This document shows, piece by piece, positions 51,270-60,740 of a stretch of 64,000 bases of DNA. The DNA comes from Verrucomicrobiota bacterium. Its GTDB lineage: Bacteria; Verrucomicrobiota; Verrucomicrobiia; Verrucomicrobiales; DEV007. A program made the position numbers and the translations under genes. Position 1 is the stretch's first letter; every line of letters begins with the position of its first letter. The notes below the pieces were generated by a model. That model did not search any database. It saw only the letters and a program-made list of their open reading frames with translations, and had not been told where the DNA came from. Where the stretch lies: positions 11,511 to 75,510 of the forward strand of contig JASFYY010000095.1 of NCBI GenBank assembly GCA_045046875.1, read 5' to 3'.

Positions 51270-52264
51270 ACTTTTATTTTTTTTATTGTCGGCGGCTCGT
51301 TTTCTAGAGATTCCCCATCAAGCAAACGGCGGATCCCCTTGGCAATTGCGTCCGTCTCATAATAAAGGAATCCAGCCCCCTCCGTCCTTGAGATATCCTC
51401 TGTCTGTTCGCGTATGACACTTACATCTTGATTCAAAATATAGTGTGCAATCGGTTCAAAAAGCGCCCTGATCAATGCTCCCAAAGGCTCAAAACGGTAA
51501 GCCATGTAGGTGTAAATCTGCGTTTCCGTTTCGGAGATCGGAGTGCACTGGCTCATCACAATGTATTGACGGCTTTCAGTCATACGGTAATCAACCCGGG
51601 TAAGATAAGGCAGCTGAAAATGATCGGTATGAATCACCTTCTCGCCGCTCGGCACCAGAATACGACCAATAAGGGAATCCATCCGTTGCTCGTTAATGAA
51701 CTCCGCCTGAATCCAGTCCTCCCCCGACGTGATTTCTACCTCCACCTCTTTTGATTCCTTACCGCGAAACAATCCTCTGTGCACGTGAGCCGTATGAGGC
51801 ACATCCAAAAAATTCTCGACGCAGTGAAAAGCATTACCCTCAAAATATCGCTCCATTGACCAATGATGCCAACCCTGCTCATCAAATTTGGGGAAATCGA
51901 TTGGCTCATCAAGCGCTTCGCCACTGCCCATCCAAATCCAGATAAAACCCTGTTTTTCTATCACCGCATAAGCTTTCACCTGAAACTGTTGATACGTCTC
52001 ACACGATTCACACGAAGAGGGAATGTCCGCACAATGCCCATCCGCAGCCCATGCCCAGCCGTGATAAGAACAGCGCAAACCATCCTCCGTCACTTCCCCC
52101 CGTGACAATGCCATATTGCGATGCAAACACCGGTCCCGCAGACAGCCCGCATTTCCTTCCTTATCCCGAAAAATCACCACTGAATCCCCCACGATCATTC
52201 TCGCTAGCGGCTGCTTTTTCAACTGCTTTGATCGGCAGGCGATATACCAGTGATCCTTCAACAC
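51266..52264 (-). CDS. Rieske non-heme iron oxygenase (VanA-like)
   Basis: CLH...CSYH Rieske ligands; ENFLDVPHTAHVH mononuclear Fe motif; NQD. Confidence 0.92.
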   Translation of the reverse strand: MLKDHWYIACRSKQLKKQPLARMIVGDSVVIFRDKEGNAGCLRDRCLHRNMALSRGEVTEDGLRCSYHGWAWAADGHCADIPSSCESCETYQQFQVKAYAVIEKQGFIWIWMGSGEALDEPIDFPKFDEQGWHHWSMERYFEGNAFHCVENFLDVPHTAHVHRGLFRGKESKEVEVEITSGEDWIQAEFINEQRMDSLIGRILVPSGEKVIHTDHFQLPYLTRVDYRMTESRQYIVMSQCTPISETETQIYTYMAYRFEPLGALIRALFEPIAHYILNQDVSVIREQTEDISRTEGAGFLYYETDAIAKGIRRLLDGESLENEPPTIKKIKV

Positions 52265-52312
52265 GGCGAAACCTCCTTCCCCTTTTCCTGTCGTTTTCTG
52301 ATTCTCATTTCA

Positions 52313-54976
52313 TCACCGTATTTTCGAAACCTCCTGCTCAATCCTGATATATTTCCCCGTCTCAAAATGCCCTTTCGACTTGCTGCCATCCGGCCACTGC
52401 ACCCGCACCTCTACCTCATCCACATCATCTGTCGCAAACAATAATCTACGCCCCTGTTGCGCCGAAAACCCAGAAACATTGTTCACCCACTGATAACGGC
52501 CCCCCACTTGAACACGTGCCCCGAGCGCATCGCGCGCTGCACTCCCCCCATTGCCCACCAACGCTATCCCTATCCACCCTTTTTCGGGAGATCCTGCGTT
52601 TTCATAAAAATCCGCTGATGCAAATTGATGGGTCATTAACAAATCAAGATCCCCATCATTATCAAAATCTGTCAGCACTGCTCCGCGGGCATTCCCCAAT
52701 TTCCCCAAACCACAGGACACCGCAGCATCCTTAAAATACCCTCCGCGATTAAGCAGCACCCGCGACCGTTGTTTACCCCAAATCGAATAACCACGTAAAT
52801 CACCCCACTGATCGGCATAAGCATGGATATCCGGCCCGGTTCTTGCCAACCTGGCATTCGCATACCAATAGTCCCTTGTTTCATCAAAACGACGATCAAT
52901 CGCGTCATCCACCATTCCATTGCACTGAACAATATCAGGCCAACCATCAAGATCAAGATCACCAACTGCTGCCCCCCATCCAAAACGATGCGCATTCAAT
53001 ACCCCGCGCTTCGTCGCTTCGTTGGACATTTTGATTCTCCCTTTGTGACTTCGATTAATCCAAAATAAACTCCCCTCGGCCTGAAGAGGAGCGTGCACAT
53101 TCGACACATAAACGTCCGGGCGACCATCGCTATTAAAATCTGCGATTGAAACATTCATTCCCTTGTAGGTATCACGCCCCAAAGTGCCCACCATTTTTCC
53201 TTCAATACGCTCGAAACGACAATTCCCAAGATTACGGTAACAGTCATCCGGGCCGAAATCTGAAGCCACATAAAGATCAATCAAACCATCACCATCAAAG
53301 TCGGCGGTATTAACAGCAAGAGACCAATGGGTTTCCTTTAATCCGGTTTCAGAGGCCGGCAATTTTTCAAAAGTGCCGTCTCCTCGATTACGATAAAACT
53401 GGTTCAGCCCGCCATTGGTAGCATCATGCCAGCTGGAATGCATGAATCGAAACATTCTCCGGTCTCCCTCATACTCCTCCTTGGGAAGATCAAATGGATT
53501 CAAAGGAACGCTCCGGTCATAGCCCTCCAAAAACGGATTCACCGCGTTGGCAACCAAAAGATCAAGATCCCCATCCCCGTCAGCATCAAAAAAAGTCGCA
53601 GCCAGACAAACCGAATGACCTGAAATGCCCGCAAGTTCAGTCACATCCCGAAACGACAACACTCCTGTTTCCACCCACATATTCAACAGCAAACGGCACT
53701 CACCATAACCCACTCCCAAAAACAAATCCTGATCACCATCATTATCAATATCGGCAAACACTGCGGTGGAGGGCAAACCATTCACCTTCGGATTAGCAAA
53801 GCGGTCCAACACGGGTAATGGCACCCGTTCAAAACCTTTCCCCTCTATATTACGAAACAACGCCGCCCGACTTGAACTCACTTTCAACGGATAAGTCAAA
53901 AAAACATCCTGCCAGCCATCATTATCAACATCCGCCACTGCCACCGCATCGCCTACTGATAAAATCCACTTCGCTATATGAGCCACCCGCGGATCCACCT
54001 CTTCCAAAGCCCGACTCATAGGAGCATCGATCCCAACGCCCCTCTTCTCAAAACGCAACGATGTTTCAAAATCCGCAGCATCTCCTTGACGCAACAAGCC
54101 GGCTAGAATTACGGTCACCCCTGCCGCAATCACTAATCGGGGCACTTGTTTTCTCACCCGCCCCTCCCTCAGCACATGGTATATATACAACACCGCCTGC
54201 ACCACAAATAAAGCAGGGAAAAGAGTGGAGTAACTTTGCCTAAAATGCAGTAGCAAATCAACCCCCACAACAGCCAGAACAAAAGCTGCCTGCCCCTTCA
54301 CGTTCCTTGGTGTTGTCTTAGGATCTGTCAGCATGTAAAATGTGAACAGAAAAAATGCCGGGGACGTGATCGAACCAAAAAAAACTGCCTCTGGCGGCAA
54401 GTGACTGCGCATAATCCACGCTCGTAGGCCCGCCTGAAAAAAATACAAAATCAGAAACATTGCCACCAAGGACTTCGCTTTCAAATGTGGATAAACAAAA
54501 ATCAATACGATTGCCGCCCCTACAAAGATCAAAGCCGCACTCCCTCCCCATTGATATGCAGGAGCTGGAGACAGCATGCCTCCGCTCAACCACATACCTA
54601 CGATCAAACCAAACAGTGCCGGATTAAAAAAATGTCTGCCCTCCACCGAAAACAAGCTCTTTGAAGCTATCGCTAACAAAGCAGGCAAGATCGGCAACCA
54701 AGGGTTAGCTCCATAGTTCAACAGCAAACACAAACCAAACCCGGTGATCATGCCCGACCATGGAAACTGCCACTGCCCATCTCGCATCCAGCGATTAAAT
54801 AAACTCTCAGCCAGCATCGCCACTGCCACGGTCGTCCCCGCCTGTAAGGGGCTTCGATTGATCCCCCATAACGCCCATCCAAGCACGAGATAAGTCGCCA
54901 ACAAACCTGCAAAAACAGGCCTAGGATCACGCGTTTTCTCTATACCGGAATCAATCACAATGGCAGTTTGTCTCAC
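52313..54976 (-). CDS. fusion of RnfD/NqrB(UnbU)-like membrane domain and FG-GAP/ASPIC-UnbV domain
   Basis: N-terminal TM domain with FFNPALFG and YMLTDPKTTP; seven D-x-D/N-x-D-G-x-x-D repeats; C-terminal DALGARV...SGFSAQ...VQWPDG. Confidence 0.85.
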   Translation of the reverse strand: MRQTAIVIDSGIEKTRDPRPVFAGLLATYLVLGWALWGINRSPLQAGTTVAVAMLAESLFNRWMRDGQWQFPWSGMITGFGLCLLLNYGANPWLPILPALLAIASKSLFSVEGRHFFNPALFGLIVGMWLSGGMLSPAPAYQWGGSAALIFVGAAIVLIFVYPHLKAKSLVAMFLILYFFQAGLRAWIMRSHLPPEAVFFGSITSPAFFLFTFYMLTDPKTTPRNVKGQAAFVLAVVGVDLLLHFRQSYSTLFPALFVVQAVLYIYHVLREGRVRKQVPRLVIAAGVTVILAGLLRQGDAADFETSLRFEKRGVGIDAPMSRALEEVDPRVAHIAKWILSVGDAVAVADVDNDGWQDVFLTYPLKVSSSRAALFRNIEGKGFERVPLPVLDRFANPKVNGLPSTAVFADIDNDGDQDLFLGVGYGECRLLLNMWVETGVLSFRDVTELAGISGHSVCLAATFFDADGDGDLDLLVANAVNPFLEGYDRSVPLNPFDLPKEEYEGDRRMFRFMHSSWHDATNGGLNQFYRNRGDGTFEKLPASETGLKETHWSLAVNTADFDGDGLIDLYVASDFGPDDCYRNLGNCRFERIEGKMVGTLGRDTYKGMNVSIADFNSDGRPDVYVSNVHAPLQAEGSLFWINRSHKGRIKMSNEATKRGVLNAHRFGWGAAVGDLDLDGWPDIVQCNGMVDDAIDRRFDETRDYWYANARLARTGPDIHAYADQWGDLRGYSIWGKQRSRVLLNRGGYFKDAAVSCGLGKLGNARGAVLTDFDNDGDLDLLMTHQFASADFYENAGSPEKGWIGIALVGNGGSAARDALGARVQVGGRYQWVNNVSGFSAQQGRRLLFATDDVDEVEVRVQWPDGSKSKGHFETGKYIRIEQEVSKIR

Positions 54977-55011
54977 AAGAGGTGTAAATCATAATCGATT
55001 TATTTTCACCT

Positions 55012-55034
55012 GAACATCGAAACCGTCGATGTTC
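55012..55034. terminator. intra-cluster hairpin
   Basis: GAACATCGA-AACCG-TCGATGTTC. Confidence 0.4.
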
Positions 55035-55072
55035 GCTTTCTTCCAATACTTAACTTGGTAACATTTAAATTA

Positions 55073-55918
55073 TTATTCTCCTGCTTTTTGCACATCCCAG
55101 ACTATGCCCAGTTTTTCCAATGCCAATATCATAATATATATAAAATCAATCTGCCCTTTCCTTATACCGGTATTTGCTGAGCCCGGGAACTTATGATGGG
55201 TATTATGCCAATTTTCTCCGAAGGTAAAAAAATATAACCACGACAGGTTTTTGCTCGAGTCATCCGTTTTGTAATCCTCACGACCTATCAAATGAGTTAA
55301 AGAGTTTGTCATACAAGTGCCGTGCAACAAAAACAATGTGCTCAAAACCCCTCCCCAGATCAACAATTGCCCCCCACTGGTACGTAACTCTGGGAATTTA
55401 CTGTTTAAATAAAAACCGAGCAGATACAAAAAAATCAGATACACCAAGAATCCCAAATAGTGGAACTTGTTCAAAAATTCTATTTCTGGATATGACGAAT
55501 ACTCTTTTAATAGTTTTTCTGATGTAGGCAACGCTCGCTTTTTTAAAACCCAACCAAGATGCGCGTGAAACCAGCCATGAATAACGGGCGAATGGGGATC
55601 CTCTGGGGTATCTGCATATCGGTGGTGATCCCGGTGACTGCTCGCCCAGGATAAAGGCCCTTTTTGTCCGGTTGTCGTACCAACAAGGGCCAAAACAAAT
55701 TGAAACCAGCGCGAAGTTTTGAAACTGCGATGGGAAAAATAACGATGATAGCCTCCGGCAATTGAAAAAAGGCGCACAAAAAAAGTCAGCACAAATACCA
55801 ACAACGCCACCGGACTCCATCCCACAACAAAAACAAAAAGCGAGCTAAGATGAAAAAGTATCACCCTGGTCACACTGATCGAGGAATAGGCATCCTGACA
55901 TGCATCACTATTTTGCAT
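55073..55918 (-). CDS. delta-9-type acyl-CoA/lipid desaturase
   Basis: HRYFSH, HRDHH, DPHSP, GENWHNTHH. Confidence 0.92.
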   Translation of the reverse strand: MQNSDACQDAYSSISVTRVILFHLSSLFVFVVGWSPVALLVFVLTFFVRLFSIAGGYHRYFSHRSFKTSRWFQFVLALVGTTTGQKGPLSWASSHRDHHRYADTPEDPHSPVIHGWFHAHLGWVLKKRALPTSEKLLKEYSSYPEIEFLNKFHYLGFLVYLIFLYLLGFYLNSKFPELRTSGGQLLIWGGVLSTLFLLHGTCMTNSLTHLIGREDYKTDDSSKNLSWLYFFTFGENWHNTHHKFPGSANTGIRKGQIDFIYIMILALEKLGIVWDVQKAGE

Positions 55919-55927
55919 GGTCGACGG

Positions 55928-57004
55928 CTAATCCACCCTCTTAGGCTGTTGGTGTTCTCCCCATTGGGACTTTGATGACTTCTGCTGCAGCACTTCACCC
56001 TCTTCCTCTTTGTAATTTAAAAATTCAAAATGACTGGCTGGCCGAACGACACCCATCGGATTCAAATCATTCCTGATCGCAGCCTTCAAAAGATCCCGTA
56101 AAAACTGCAAATAAGTGCGCGAATAGATCGCTTCGGGTAAACGGTTCCAGATCAAGTTATGCATTTTTCGCAAATTATAACTCGGCACAGATGGGAAGAG
56201 GTGATGCTCAAGGTGATAATTTTCATACATGAACAGAAAAGAAACCCACGGCGAACTTTTCACCGTCCTACTGGAAAGGTAGATATTCTCCACGTCTCCC
56301 AAGGCATGGGAAGCCACGCCTCGTATGTTCGTCAATACGCTCGATATAATAAGCGGGTATAACCAATACATCGACAGTTGACCCCAAGAGGCTATTTGAA
56401 AAATAACAAAATAGACCCCGGCCATAACCAAATACTCCATGACCATCCATAAGCGCGCTCTGCGTGATGCCACACGGAATGCCAAAAAGGGAATGCAGGC
56501 GACATATACAATCGTGCCAAAAACCAATTGCACCCCGTAAGCCCCCCAAATCAATGCAGGATTTTTCAAGTGCTGTCGATAAGTTCCATAGTCGAGCTTT
56601 CGCCCCAATTCATAGTGATGATGAGTATGGGTCACTCGATACGCCGTCGCCGATAGCATCATGGGCATGCCTGCAATAAAGGAGAACAAGTGATTCATCT
56701 TCGGATTAACTGCCAACAAACCATGCAAACCCTCATGCAAGAAAATAGCTGCCGAATTCAAAGCCACCCCCATGCACAAGATCCCCATCAAGCTGACAAC
56801 CAACGATCCTTGCGCAAACCACACACTCAAAAACCCTATGCTGTATAATATCACAAAAAAGAACAACTCCTGCGCTCGGCTTACTACGTTCATTACATGC
56901 AACGCCTCAATTTCAGCCCCCACCCCTTCTACCAATGCCTCACTCGCTCGCCTCTGCGCCGCAAGGAGTTCATTTTCACTGGTCATGCGATGATTTTCCA
57001 TCAT
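55928..57004 (-). CDS. membrane fatty acid desaturase family protein
   Basis: HEGLH, HTHHH, NYHLEHHLFPSVP. Confidence 0.9.
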   Translation of the reverse strand: MMENHRMTSENELLAAQRRASEALVEGVGAEIEALHVMNVVSRAQELFFFVILYSIGFLSVWFAQGSLVVSLMGILCMGVALNSAAIFLHEGLHGLLAVNPKMNHLFSFIAGMPMMLSATAYRVTHTHHHYELGRKLDYGTYRQHLKNPALIWGAYGVQLVFGTIVYVACIPFLAFRVASRRARLWMVMEYLVMAGVYFVIFQIASWGQLSMYWLYPLIISSVLTNIRGVASHALGDVENIYLSSRTVKSSPWVSFLFMYENYHLEHHLFPSVPSYNLRKMHNLIWNRLPEAIYSRTYLQFLRDLLKAAIRNDLNPMGVVRPASHFEFLNYKEEEGEVLQQKSSKSQWGEHQQPKRVD

Positions 57005-57449
57005 TTTGAAGCTTCGATTGTTTTTTTGGCAGACAAAAGGCTATGACCAAAAAAAGAATAAGAATTTGCGCCGTACCAACAACATTCCTAATCACAGGCA
57101 TACCCGCTGCAGTAAGCGCAGCGAACAAAACAAGCCTATTAACAAACCTTGTTCCAAAGAGAATCAATGCTGGGATGGCCAGTCCTCGATACCTCACAGG
57201 ATTCGAAGACAGAACTAACAACATCACCCCAAATACCAGTAAATACACTGATGTGAATTTTAAAATCAATGAAAGCTGCGAACCCACCTCCAATACAATC
57301 CCAAACACCATCGCAACAACCTTAACAATTACATCGAGCGGAAAAAGTAAGCCCGCAAGCCCTAACAGAGTATGGTAGCCCCCCGCAATAACTGTCGCAA
57401 CCTTAAAAAGACGTATCCTCATAACATATAAGTTGAAATCCACTTCCAC
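56976..57449 (-). CDS. four-helix membrane protein
   Basis: About four TM segments; overlaps the desaturase start. Confidence 0.6.
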   Translation of the reverse strand: MEVDFNLYVMRIRLFKVATVIAGGYHTLLGLAGLLFPLDVIVKVVAMVFGIVLEVGSQLSLILKFTSVYLLVFGVMLLVLSSNPVRYRGLAIPALILFGTRFVNRLVLFAALTAAGMPVIRNVVGTAQILILFLVIAFCLPKKQSKLQNDGKSSHDQ

Positions 57450-57734
57450 CTGATCATAACGACGCCGTCGTATTTATCAAGGCAAAGCTGAATGCGTTAA
57501 CCCGTTGTTCATGATCATAACCACGTTTTCACCCTGTCGCAAGAATGTTAAATTGCTCCACCCTCACCCTCAGATCTCCCCCATCCTCTCCCTCACTTGT
57601 CCGAGCCCTTCTTATTCGCATCGCTTGGTGTCCATCTTCACTGCCAAAGCCCTTGTCAGAGAAGGTTTGCAGTTCCTTCTCAACTCTCTGCGACCTCTTG
57701 TATCGATAGGTAATGCGTGCTACAGTAGCCTCCA

Positions 57735-58814
57735 ATGCAGTCAAACTATTCATGGCAAAACGCCACTGGCCATGCCGCCAATTTTAAAACCGAAAGCACC
57801 CGCAATATCGGCTGGTGGATTCTGTTGGCGATTGTGATGTCCATCGTGCTGCATCTGGTTCTCTATTTCATGCTCAGTCTGCTCAAATGGCAGGCCCAGA
57901 TGACGCCAGGCCTCAAAGAAGACATCGTTTTCCAAAACCGGAAGCGTGAACAGTTGATCATCGACCAGGAAACTCTGGAAAACTTTCTACCCAAACCCAC
58001 CCAGGCACCCGAACCCATCACTCCGGAAAAACTCGACGGTGCCATGCCACTGCTCGATGACACCCTCGATGAGTTCGACATCCTCGACCAATTGCCCGAC
58101 AAGGACATCAAGCTCACACCTGAAGTGGACAGCGCCAAAATTTTCTCCAACATCCAGCCCTCCGCACCCCAGAAAATCCTCTCCGATGTCGCCGAAAAAA
58201 TCGACGTTGCCGCCGCCAATCTCGTCAGCAAGAATCTCAACGATCTACGGGAAAAGCTGATCGATGACAGCCCCATCGTCTCCCAAGAGCAACCCGTGCT
58301 CGAGCTCAACATGGACGATATCACCGAGGGCGTGGACACCGATGAGTTTTTTCACCGCGCAGCCGCCAAAGCCTCATCAGGAGACGGCGGCGCAAAAATC
58401 ACCCAGGGATTCAGCAGCCTCGACGGCTTGCTCGGCAAAATGGGCGGAGGACTGCCCGACGGCACCAAACCCATCCTGATGCCCACCGATCTGCTGTTCG
58501 CCTATAATGAATGGGAACTGCGGGAAGAAGCCCGGCTCAGTATGATGAAACTCGGCTTCATCATCCAGACCAACCCCGGCTCGCGTTTCATCATCGAAGG
58601 CCACACCGATACCATCGGCGGAGAAGACGCCAACTACCAGCTCAGCCTGCGGCGGGCAGGCGCGGTGCGAGATTGGTTGATCGATGTGCTCAAAATCGAC
58701 GGCAACAACATGCAGGCAGTGGGTTACGGCAAAAGTCGTCCGCTAATCAATCCTCAAGGCTCGCCCGACGAACAAGCCCTCAATCGGCGGGTTGAAATCG
58801 TAATTAAAAAATAA
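57735..58814 (+). CDS. OmpA-family peptidoglycan-binding protein with N-terminal TM anchor
   Basis: IEGHTD, NYQLSLRRA, GYGKSRP, LNRRVEI. Confidence 0.9.
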   Translation: MQSNYSWQNATGHAANFKTESTRNIGWWILLAIVMSIVLHLVLYFMLSLLKWQAQMTPGLKEDIVFQNRKREQLIIDQETLENFLPKPTQAPEPITPEKLDGAMPLLDDTLDEFDILDQLPDKDIKLTPEVDSAKIFSNIQPSAPQKILSDVAEKIDVAAANLVSKNLNDLREKLIDDSPIVSQEQPVLELNMDDITEGVDTDEFFHRAAAKASSGDGGAKITQGFSSLDGLLGKMGGGLPDGTKPILMPTDLLFAYNEWELREEARLSMMKLGFIIQTNPGSRFIIEGHTDTIGGEDANYQLSLRRAGAVRDWLIDVLKIDGNNMQAVGYGKSRPLINPQGSPDEQALNRRVEIVIKK

Positions 58815-58825
58815 TCCTCTCCCGG

Positions 58826-59518
58826 GTGAATAAAAACCAAAACACATCGTCCAATCAAGGTGAAATCAGTGGTGACCGTGCAGAAAGCGGTTCTGCTGAG
58901 GCAGAAAACGACCTATTGAACAGTGAAAACGTGGAACCAGCCGATGAAATACTCGTAAGCCGATCGCAGGCCGGAGATATGCAGGCCTTCGACGTGCTGG
59001 TGACTCGTTATAGAGGAAAAATATACGCCATGACCGTAAACATGATCCATAACGATGCCGATGCCTGGGATCTGGCTCAGGATACCTTTGTCAAAGCATG
59101 GAAGGCTTTGCCCAAGTTCCAGGCACGTTCCAATTTTTACACCTGGCTCTACCGCATCGCTCACAACGTCACTTACGACTGGCTGCGCAAAAAACAGAAC
59201 CGCGTCGAAAAAGCGGAATTCGACGACAGCATCGAATCCCATCAGATCGACAAAAGCGCTCCCACCGCCCCTCGCGACATGGCGCGCCCCGATCAACACG
59301 CCCAGGGCAGCGAACTCAAACAAAGCATCCGCGATGCCCTCGCCCAACTTTCACCCGAACACCGCTCAGTCATTTTACTCAAAGAAGTCGACGGCCTGCG
59401 CTATGAGGAAATCGCCGAACGCACCAATTGCTCCGTAGGAACCATCATGTCCCGCCTTTTTTATGCCCGCAAAAAATTGCAGGCAATATTCACCGAACAA
59501 AACATCCGACCATCATGA
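58826..59518 (+). CDS. ECF sigma-70 factor
   Basis: DLAQDTFVKAW, FYTWLYRIA, YEEIA...GTIMSRLFYAR. Confidence 0.93.
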   Translation: MNKNQNTSSNQGEISGDRAESGSAEAENDLLNSENVEPADEILVSRSQAGDMQAFDVLVTRYRGKIYAMTVNMIHNDADAWDLAQDTFVKAWKALPKFQARSNFYTWLYRIAHNVTYDWLRKKQNRVEKAEFDDSIESHQIDKSAPTAPRDMARPDQHAQGSELKQSIRDALAQLSPEHRSVILLKEVDGLRYEEIAERTNCSVGTIMSRLFYARKKLQAIFTEQNIRPS

Positions 59519-60177
59519 ACGCTGAAGAAGAAAAAAAACTCACCCTGTGGATCGACGGAGAACTGGACGACGAACAAGTTCGCGATCTGCTCGATGCCCA
59601 CCCCGAACTGATCGAACTGAAAAAATCAGCAGATGAAACTGGCGGCCTCCTGCGTCAAGGGCTGCCCATTGAAGAAAATCTACCTTACCCCGATTTTTTC
59701 AATCACCGCATTCAACAACGCCTGCTGGAAGAGGAGGAGGTCGAAAGCAAAAGTCCCGCGATCAACATGAAGGAGGAAGTGAGCTACTTCCCTCTCTTCA
59801 CCCGCTCGCGTCTTTTTGCCGGGCTGGCTTTTGCCGCCCTGGCGATCGGTCTGATTGTCAATTCCTTCATCTCCCCTGATGCCACGACTGCCATTGCTCG
59901 CAGTGAAGTGATCGGCACCTACACCCCTAATCCGAATGTGATCGCATCCAGCCACTACAACGCCGAAGCCGGTGCCACCATCATACAATTGGACGGGCTG
60001 GAAGAAATTCCCGCCGACATCCAAGTGAGCGGCATCTTCCCCCGTAGTTACCAACCCGATTCCACCGTCGCCTCGACCACCCTGCGCAGCCGCGATACCA
60101 ACGAAGCGCTGGTTATTCTGGAACACGATCACTACGGACGCCCCAACATCCGTCTATCCAGCAACGACAACCTGTGA
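59515..60177 (+). CDS. putative anti-sigma factor
   Basis: ATGA overlap with the sigma stop; WIDGEL N-terminus; single TM helix. Confidence 0.75.
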   Translation: MNAEEEKKLTLWIDGELDDEQVRDLLDAHPELIELKKSADETGGLLRQGLPIEENLPYPDFFNHRIQQRLLEEEEVESKSPAINMKEEVSYFPLFTRSRLFAGLAFAALAIGLIVNSFISPDATTAIARSEVIGTYTPNPNVIASSHYNAEAGATIIQLDGLEEIPADIQVSGIFPRSYQPDSTVASTTLRSRDTNEALVILEHDHYGRPNIRLSSNDNL

Positions 60178-60740
60178 AATCCCTCCACGACAACCCCGCC
60201 CGGATACGGTCGCTAAAACCCCGATTTCCACTGCTCGTTTTCAGTGCGGCACTGCTAGGAATGTTGGCCGTGATATGCCCGCTCCAGGCACAGGACAAAA
60301 AGCCCCCCAAAGGGCATCCCTCTAATGCTCAGAAATCAAACCCACACAAAAACAATGCCCACCGCGATGGGCAAATTTGGGCGGCATTGATATTTGCCAC
60401 CACTGAAAAAACCAGCCCGGCGCCTAACGAAGCAGACAAAAAAACCATCGCCCAACTAGGCAAGGCCTTCACTGGGAAAAACTTCCAACTGCTCGGCGAA
60501 CACACCCAGCAGATTTTCAGCGAATACGAATCCTGGGTAGTCCCCTCAAAAGACCTTTTCCTGAAAATCGACTCCAAAGGCCCAACTGAAAATAACGATG
60601 GCGTGAACCTGCACCTGCAATTGTGGCGCGATAAAAACGTGCTACTCAAAACCGACGTCATCCTACGTAAAGAACCCATCTACATCACCGGTCCCAAATG
60701 GGGCAAAGGCCAACTGATCATGGTGGTGGAGCTGCGGTGA
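60174..60740 (+). CDS. secreted hypothetical protein
   Basis: GTGA-coupled to the anti-sigma gene; signal-like hydrophobic stretch. Confidence 0.65.
   Translation: MKSLHDNPARIRSLKPRFPLLVFSAALLGMLAVICPLQAQDKKPPKGHPSNAQKSNPHKNNAHRDGQIWAALIFATTEKTSPAPNEADKKTIAQLGKAFTGKNFQLLGEHTQQIFSEYESWVVPSKDLFLKIDSKGPTENNDGVNLHLQLWRDKNVLLKTDVILRKEPIYITGPKWGKGQLIMVVELR

Noticed and set aside
47590..57449. Calling the cluster an enediyne BGC
   Set aside because: No PKSE or thioesterase in the window; only UnbU/UnbV-like domains
58860..58873. GTGAAATCAGTGGT matching the 17101 repeat
   Set aside because: Single short unit inside the sigma-factor ORF; may be chance
60718..60740. 23-bp convergent overlap of rlmN with the neighbouring gene
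   Set aside because: Ordinary tail-to-tail overlap
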